Source: Minisyncoccota bacterium
GTDB taxonomy: Bacteria; Patescibacteriota; Minisyncoccia; Phycocordibacterales; Phycocordibacteraceae
Assembly: GCA_035627655.1 (NCBI GenBank)
Contig: DASPLI010000001.1
Span: 195,355 to 259,354, forward strand
Direction: 5' to 3'
Length of the DNA: 64,000 nucleotides
Under the pieces are notes generated by a model. It was not told the origin of the DNA. It did no database searches and saw nothing but the letters and a program-made list of their open reading frames with translations. The translations under genes and the position numbers were made by a program. Shown in pieces: positions 63,863 through 64,000 of the stretch (its first letter is position 1; each line of letters opens with the position of its first letter).

Positions 63863-64000
63863 ATAAGAACGCCCGCTTGGTATACTTGATACCAAGTTAT
63901 GGCGGACCAGCAGCCTTCACAACAGTCTTCGCATGTTCGAACCTACGCGCGCGACGTTGCGACGCTGACGGGTAAACCGCTGCCAAAAAATGTACAGAAC

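Noticed and set aside
1-64000. CRISPR arrays, IS elements or transposases
   Set aside because: No regularly spaced direct repeats. No transposase-like (DDE or HTH-DDE) ORFs. No terminal inverted repeats flanking any block.

Overview
This 64-kb window is high-GC bacterial chromosome, densely packed with genes, most of them on the minus strand. The gene content (RNase Y, a PrgI/VirB4-type secretion cluster, a short ComEC, tRNAs lacking encoded CCA) is reminiscent of Gram-positive-like or candidate-phyla bacteria, but the taxon cannot be assigned from sequence alone. The recognisable housekeeping genes are listed as features. The remaining content falls into four blocks:

- **1.9-10.5 kb:** a conjugation-like type IV secretion cluster. 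It contains a VirB2-like pilin fused to a Cys-rich domain, VirB4 plus a separate N-domain ORF, a PrgI/VirB3-like protein and a VirB6-like protein.
- **27.2-38.1 kb:** a type IV pilus locus (PilX-like protein, two prepilin-like proteins, PilC and PilB). It is interrupted by a GC-richer cassette encoding a DUF350 membrane protein, a YjfM-like lipoprotein, a glutathionylspermidine-synthase-like ATP-grasp ligase and a Kch/RCK potassium channel.
- **44.8-47.7 kb:** a terminator-bracketed two-gene module, a tandem-HTH protein plus an Hsp90/MORC-like GHKL ATPase, with a convergent XRE regulator. I consider this the best candidate for an undescribed defence or regulatory system.
- **48.2-53.9 kb:** a run of four uncharacterised genes, each with its own RBS and terminator, followed by a peptidoglycan-binding protein with a hyper-acidic repeat tail.

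Other notable items are a GcrA-like regulator next to clpP and rny, a four-tRNA cluster with an embedded HTH ORF followed by the CCA-adding enzyme, and a 387-bp structured intergenic region between cca and xth. Many long antisense ORFs in the six-frame track are artefacts of the high GC content.
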